Positions 16,082 to 20,000 of a stretch of DNA of 20,000 bases are shown here, piece after piece. This stretch comes from an uncultured virus (IMG/VR IMGVR_UViG_3300020428_000009) (taxonomy: Duplodnaviria; Heunggongvirae; Uroviricota; Caudoviricetes). The DNA lies in the IMG/VR virus record IMGVR_UViG_3300020428_000009. One strand, given 5' to 3'. Positions within the stretch are counted from its first letter, which is position 1. Every line of letters begins with the position of its first letter. The notes below the pieces were generated by a model. It was not told where the DNA came from. It ran no database searches and saw only the letters and a program-made list of their open reading frames with translations. Both the position numbers and the translations under genes were made by a program.

Positions 16082-16491
16082 TGGTGATAGGATTTACTGC
16101 TTCAACTTTTGATTTGCTACACGCTGGACACATCATAATGCTAAGAGAAGCAAAAGATCATTGTGATCATCTCATAGTAGGATTACAAGTTGATCCGAGC
16201 ATAGACAGACCAGAGAAGAATAAACCTGTTCAAACTGTAGTTGAGAGATATACGCAGTTACAGGCTGTAAAGTATGTCGATGAGATTATACCTTATAGCA
16301 CCGAGCAAGATTTAGAAGATATTCTCAATCTATTACCTATTGACATTCGCATACTAGGTGTAGAATATAGAGAGAAAGATTTTACAGGTAGGGATATCTG
16401 TAAAAATCGTGGTATTCAGTTGTATTTTAACAAACGAGACCACAGATTTTCATCCAGCGATCTAAGAAGGAGAATTTGTAATGATGACTAA
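16081..16491 (+). CDS. Glycerol-3-phosphate cytidylyltransferase-like (TagD-like) protein
   Basis: FTASTFDLLHAGH (HxGH), LIVGLQVDP, VKYVDE and R.H.FSSS.LR. 136 aa single domain. Confidence 0.88.
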   Translation: MVIGFTASTFDLLHAGHIIMLREAKDHCDHLIVGLQVDPSIDRPEKNKPVQTVVERYTQLQAVKYVDEIIPYSTEQDLEDILNLLPIDIRILGVEYREKDFTGRDICKNRGIQLYFNKRDHRFSSSDLRRRICNDD

Positions 16492-16708
16492 AAATGATAT
16501 AATTGCTGAGTTACAGCAAGGTATTAAAACTATCATATTTGATAAGAAAGACGGTACCGAGCGAGTAATGAAAGCAACTCTTCAAGAATCGGTAGTTCCA
16601 GCAACCACTGGCAAATCCACTGCTCCAGACACTAATATTACTGTTTTTGACACAGAAATCAGTCAATGGAGATCAATTAGAGTAAATTCTATTAAAAGTT
16701 TTGCTTGA
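16481..16708 (+). CDS. Small SH3/Sm-like beta-barrel protein (WYL_2/DUF2693-like)
   Basis: F.KKDGTERVMKATL...VFDTEISQWRSIR pattern. SD AAGGAG upstream. Confidence 0.75.
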   Translation: MMTKNDIIAELQQGIKTIIFDKKDGTERVMKATLQESVVPATTGKSTAPDTNITVFDTEISQWRSIRVNSIKSFA

Positions 16709-16733
16709 CATTCACTTAAATACCTGTTATAGT
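16705..16733 (+). promoter_or_regulatory. sigma70-type promoter with extended -10
   Basis: TTGACA (16705-16710), 17-bp spacer, TATAGT (16728-16733) preceded by TGn (16725-16727). SD CAGGAG lies before ATG 16765. Confidence 0.85.
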
Positions 16734-16764
16734 ATGCAAATACATTAAACAGGAGTGCCACACG

Positions 16765-17349
16765 ATGGCTAGAAAAACTAGAGAAGAGAAACCTTTCGTA
16801 AGAAAGAAGTTTCGTAAGCCGCGAAAGCCTATGACTGAAGAACAGAAGGCTGCCGCGGCAGAACGACTTGCGAAAGCAAGAGAAAAACGCCAGCAGAGTG
16901 CTGGTCCTCCAAAGGGTGTGCATCCCACCGTGCTTGCACTCCCTGACGAGGAAACATTTTCACTTAAAAATGTGAGAAGTTGGATCAAGTATCAAAAAGA
17001 GAAGATTGCCGAGTTGCGACCCGCTGTTCGTAGAAACGAGAAGGGTGCCGTAGCCGCGTTGAAATTCTCTGAAGGCTATGTCAGACATATGGAAGCATAT
17101 ATTCGTGGCGGTGATTGGATTGATGATCGATATGGTGCAGATGCACAAAATAAATGCCGTCAAGTCTGTATAGCAATGGCATATCATCCCGATGGTACAC
17201 CCAAGCGAACTATTGGCACCTATTATAAAGATATTGGTGTTGTATGGGAACAAGGCATGACAGAAGAGAATTTTGCTTCTTTTGTTACTTCCGATGAACC
17301 AACTGCTGGATTTACTGATAAGCAGTTCACTATGGAGGATGTCAAGTGA
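16765..17349 (+). CDS. Conserved hypothetical protein with very basic N-terminus, 194 aa
   Basis: Promoter and SD upstream. 'KPMTEEQKAAAAERLAKAREKR' basic helix. Coupled to rnh by a GTGA overlap. Confidence 0.75.
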   Translation: MARKTREEKPFVRKKFRKPRKPMTEEQKAAAAERLAKAREKRQQSAGPPKGVHPTVLALPDEETFSLKNVRSWIKYQKEKIAELRPAVRRNEKGAVAALKFSEGYVRHMEAYIRGGDWIDDRYGADAQNKCRQVCIAMAYHPDGTPKRTIGTYYKDIGVVWEQGMTEENFASFVTSDEPTAGFTDKQFTMEDVK

Positions 17350-18230
17350 TCATAGTTGATTATAGTCAAACTTCTATCAGTACATTCATGGCAGAGAGTG
17401 GCGGTCGTGCTGATGCGGAGATTAATACTCCGCTGATACGACACATGATTCTTAATACCATACGCAGTTACAAGAAAAAGTTTGGTGAAGAATTTGGTGA
17501 AGTCATCATAGCATGTGACAATCGCCACTACTGGCGCAGAGATGTGTATCCTCTTTACAAAGCGAATCGAAGAGGTAATCGAGAAGCAAGTGGTCTAGAT
17601 TGGAATTCTATTTTCGATGCACTTAACTCAGTCAGAAACGAGATCGCAGAGTTTATGCCGTATCCCGTGATTGATGTTGAGGGTGCCGAAGCAGACGATG
17701 TTATTGGTGCATTATGTGAATACAGCCAGACGAATGATCTAAAAGATGGACCACTGTTTTCTGAACCTAAGCCAGTCTTGATTGTATCTGGTGATCATGA
17801 TTTCCAACAGTTGCAGAAGTATAGCAATGTCTCACAGTGGTCTCCATCTAGAAAGCGGATGGTAAAGATCAAAGAGTCTGCTCATGAAGTTCTGATGGAA
17901 CACATTATTATTGGTGATAAAGGTGACGGTGTTCCAAACATTTTATCTGATGATGATGTTTTTGTGTCTGGTAAAAGACAGCGACCAATCAGAAAGATAC
18001 TATTGGCTGAATGGAAGAAGAAACAGCCAGAAGAATGGGTCAATGGTGAGATGGCACATGGATATACCAGAAACAAGCAATTGGTAGATTTATCACAAAC
18101 TCCACAAGAGATAAAAGATCAGATTGTTTTTGAGTACAACGCTCAGAAAGACAAAGGTCGAAGTGAGATTTTTAATTATTTCTTGCAATACAAATTAAAT
18201 GGTATGATGGATGTCATACAGGAGTTCTGA
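17346..18230 (+). CDS. rnh: T4-type RNase H / 5'-3' exonuclease
   Basis: IIVD, ACD...WRR..YP.YKANR, EADD, SGDHDFQQL and GDKGDGVPNILS motifs of the FEN/T4 RNase H family. Confidence 0.95.
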   Translation: MIIVDYSQTSISTFMAESGGRADAEINTPLIRHMILNTIRSYKKKFGEEFGEVIIACDNRHYWRRDVYPLYKANRRGNREASGLDWNSIFDALNSVRNEIAEFMPYPVIDVEGAEADDVIGALCEYSQTNDLKDGPLFSEPKPVLIVSGDHDFQQLQKYSNVSQWSPSRKRMVKIKESAHEVLMEHIIIGDKGDGVPNILSDDDVFVSGKRQRPIRKILLAEWKKKQPEEWVNGEMAHGYTRNKQLVDLSQTPQEIKDQIVFEYNAQKDKGRSEIFNYFLQYKLNGMMDVIQEF

Positions 18231-18439
18231 TGAAGACTAAAGCATTGCTTATACATAGTTGTGATGACCCTTCAAAGTGGTACTATTTAAAACAGGGTGC
18301 TGTAGTTCCATTACTTGCTATAGAAGAGACTGAATACAAGACTCTTCAAGATAATGGTATAGCACCGGGTCATCGATTTATTAATTTCGTTAGCAAGAAA
18401 GATGCTACAATCGTGGAGATAGATAATGAGAAAAGTTAG
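18230..18439 (+). CDS. Hypothetical protein, 69 aa
   Basis: Coupled to rnh (TGATG) with SD AGGAG; fills the gap to the next gene. Confidence 0.6.
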   Translation: MKTKALLIHSCDDPSKWYYLKQGAVVPLLAIEETEYKTLQDNGIAPGHRFINFVSKKDATIVEIDNEKS

Positions 18440-18926
18440 GCAAATTGACGAGGGTTTTGAAGAGATATTCAAAGCCAGCGGTGTGACTGCCCAAGTCGCA
18501 GAGTTAAAAGCATGGGCAGGGATGAACCAAGTGGTTGTCCCTTTAGTCCGTTGGGGTGTAGGTGCAGAGAAACCTGATTGGGGATTACCAGAAGGTATGC
18601 CAGAAGCCAACAAAGTCAAAGATGATATTCCAGATGGAATGGGTGAAACTACTATCACTCTTGAATGGCGAAGAATTAAGCAGTTTACTGATCCTACTGC
18701 TAACATAAAGAATCTCCCTCCATGGAAGCAAGAGATGAATTGGTTGCAAATTCTTGAAGGTGTGCATCACAAAGAGGCAAAGATACTAACAGCGGTCAAA
18801 GATGGTAAGTTACTAGACTTATATCCAAAGTTAGAGAAACTTCTTTCGACACTTGGTATTGAGGAATACAATAAGCCCGAGCCTAAAAAGAAAAGGAAAC
18901 CTAGAAAGAAAAAGGAGACTGCATAA
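18426..18926 (+). CDS. Conserved T4-like hypothetical protein (DUF6433-like)
   Basis: 'LPEG.P' and 'LQILEGVHHKEAKIL..VKDGKL...Y' pattern, which I recall occurring downstream of rnh in marine T4-like phages. SD GGAG. Confidence 0.7.
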   Translation: MRKVRQIDEGFEEIFKASGVTAQVAELKAWAGMNQVVVPLVRWGVGAEKPDWGLPEGMPEANKVKDDIPDGMGETTITLEWRRIKQFTDPTANIKNLPPWKQEMNWLQILEGVHHKEAKILTAVKDGKLLDLYPKLEKLLSTLGIEEYNKPEPKKKRKPRKKKETA

Positions 18927-19159
18927 TGGCAGATATGACAGGTCAAATCAAGCATACGCTAACAGCGTATTTTACAGGACAGAAGGCTAGACATGAGCAA
19001 AATGTAAAAATACTCATGCAAGGTCCTGTTGGTGTAGCAGAACATCCAGATGTGATGCAAACTATTGAGGATGAATTAGGAAGAATGGCACACTATGATG
19101 ATGTGTTGAAGATGTTGAACGAAGTAACATCAAATGGTGTTGGCGACCAACTCAAGTAG
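18926..19159 (+). CDS. Conserved small phage protein, 77 aa
   Basis: 'PVGVAEHPDVMQTIEDEL' motif. SD AAGGAG and TAATG coupling. Confidence 0.75.
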   Translation: MADMTGQIKHTLTAYFTGQKARHEQNVKILMQGPVGVAEHPDVMQTIEDELGRMAHYDDVLKMLNEVTSNGVGDQLK

Positions 19160-19670
19160 GTCTATATTTGTCGTAAAAGCGACCCCATTGCCACTCTTCT
19201 GGCAGTTCGTCAGAAATAGGAATTAGATGACATTTGCCACTGGGTTCCACACACCAACGCATCTTTGGTCGCTCATATGCTTTTGCTCTTATTTTTTGAA
19301 TACTCTCAGTTGTATGTTTTCTACCATACATAGGGTTAAATTCACCTCTCCGGGTACCTGTCATGGTCTCAGATATTTTTTGTCTATGTTCGTTAGTCAG
19401 TCCGTCAGAATGAGGATTTCTATATCCAACTTTTGCCTGTCTAATTCTCTCTCTACCTTCAGGCGTATGCCACTCAGTTCTATCTCTGCATTTATCAACA
19501 ATTGGAAGATTTTCTCTATTCAGCGTGATCACATAATCGCGGATCGACTCAACGCTAGTCTTCTTGATTATCATTTCCCGAGGTTTGGGGACTTGCTGGA
19601 GGGTATTTTCATCGACTATCCAGTATTCATTTCTACTTTGAAACAGGAAAAATCGTGTGGATCTGTTCAT
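19152..19670 (-). CDS. NUMOD3-repeat DNA-binding protein lacking a recognisable nuclease domain, 172 aa
   Basis: Three NUMOD3-like units (HTPEGRERIRQAKVG; LTNEHRQKISETMTG; GEFNPMYGRKHTTESIQKIR) and a C-terminal 'RW...LPEEWQWGR' like Seg/HNH homing-endonuclease tails. SD AGGTGAG and its own late promoter. Confidence 0.82.
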   Translation of the reverse strand: MNRSTRFFLFQSRNEYWIVDENTLQQVPKPREMIIKKTSVESIRDYVITLNRENLPIVDKCRDRTEWHTPEGRERIRQAKVGYRNPHSDGLTNEHRQKISETMTGTRRGEFNPMYGRKHTTESIQKIRAKAYERPKMRWCVEPSGKCHLIPISDELPEEWQWGRFYDKYRPT

Positions 19671-19698
19671 TTTTGCTCACCTATAGCATAATTTCTCA

Positions 19699-19706
19699 TA
19701 TTTATA
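19699..19706 (-). promoter_or_regulatory. Perfect T4 late promoter TATAAATA driving the NUMOD3 gene
   Basis: The plus strand reads TATTTATA at 19699-19706, 28 nt upstream of the minus-strand ATG at 19670. Confidence 0.85.
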
Positions 19707-19759
19707 TGAAAAAAATTATAAGTCATTGATTCGTAACGGGTTAAAGTTGGGCGAAACCC

Positions 19760-19787
19760 TTGACATTTGCTCAAAAACCAGTATAAT
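19760..19787 (+). promoter_or_regulatory. sigma70-type early promoter
   Basis: TTGACA (19760-19765), 16-bp spacer, TATAAT (19782-19787). Followed by a GAGAGAGAG purine-rich SD-like tract and ATG 19820. Confidence 0.85.
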
Positions 19788-19819
19788 AGTAGTATAACAA
19801 ATTGAGAGAGAGTAAAAAT

Positions 19820-20000
19820 ATGATTGATTTTGTGAGTGCTTCAAAAGGTGGTCTAGAGTTCATTACTATTTGTGAGACTCGTATTTTTGGTGCCACTGTT
19901 GAAAAGTGTGCAGAAATCATCGCTAGTCAAGGACTCGCCAATCGTGTGATGGGTTCTTCTTCAATGGACTTTGCTGATGAGTATGGTTTTGAGACCGCTG
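19820..20000 (+). CDS. Hypothetical early protein (3'-truncated)
   Basis: Open frame MIDFVSASKGGLEFITICETRIFGATVEKCAEIIASQGLANRVMGSSSMDFADEYGFETA... runs off the window, downstream of a strong promoter. Confidence 0.7.
   Translation, partial: MIDFVSASKGGLEFITICETRIFGATVEKCAEIIASQGLANRVMGSSSMDFADEYGFETA

Noticed and set aside
16700..16722. MotA-box-like TTTGCTT and late-like TTAAATA within the 16705 promoter
   Set aside because: The spacing to the -10 box does not fit a T4 middle promoter, the canonical -35/-10 pair explains the site, and TTAAATA is a weak match in AT-rich DNA.
178..18955. Numerous 60-160 aa minus-strand ORFs in the ORF track (e.g. 741-1148, 2282-2755, 18311-18706)
   Set aside because: All lie antisense to well-supported plus-strand genes, lack motifs, and read like shadow frames.
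19227..19691. 154-aa plus-strand ORF
   Set aside because: Antisense shadow of the NUMOD3 gene, which has motifs, an SD and a perfect late promoter.
19749..19759. GGGCGAAACCC mini-hairpin as a terminator
   Set aside because: Only a 3-bp stem with no U-tract, and it abuts a -35 box.
1..20000. tRNA genes, CRISPR arrays, introns/inteins or alternative genetic code
   Set aside because: Intergenic gaps are nearly all under 60 bp, no cloverleaf or spaced repeats were seen by eye, and core genes are full-length in the standard code, with TAA, TAG and TGA all used as stops.

Overview
This window is a densely coded, AT-rich segment of a large T4-like myophage genome. A marine or aquatic phage of a heterotroph is plausible but is inference only; no host marker is present. 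Bases 1-5369 form a late/virion block: a 5'-truncated Lys/Glu-rich putative internal head protein, a 606-aa repeat-module virion protein and several conserved hypotheticals. From a perfect sigma70-type promoter at 5379 the window switches to a replication and nucleotide-metabolism block: gp61 primase, thyX, nrdA, nrdB, dCMP deaminase and T4-type RNase H. Accessory tailoring enzymes are interleaved with these genes: a SAM methyltransferase, a QueC-like PP-loop protein inserted between nrdA and nrdB, two cytidylyltransferase-family proteins (one fused to a cupin), a radical SAM enzyme whose SPASM/twitch domain is a separate ORF, and a sulfotransferase-fold protein. The most notable structures are (i) a catalytic-domain-only GIY-YIG gene with a late promoter and an RBS-occluding hairpin, in the I-TevI style, and (ii) about 5 kb away, a nuclease-less NUMOD3 DNA-binding gene, the only credible minus-strand gene, under a perfect TATAAATA promoter embedded in an inverted repeat. 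Together these two genes resemble a homing endonuclease split in two. Two small ORFs missed by the ORF track (11866-12039 and 15929-16081) and a 3'-truncated ORF (from 19820) were found by hand. No tRNA, rRNA or CRISPR array was seen. All family assignments come from motif recognition, not database searches.
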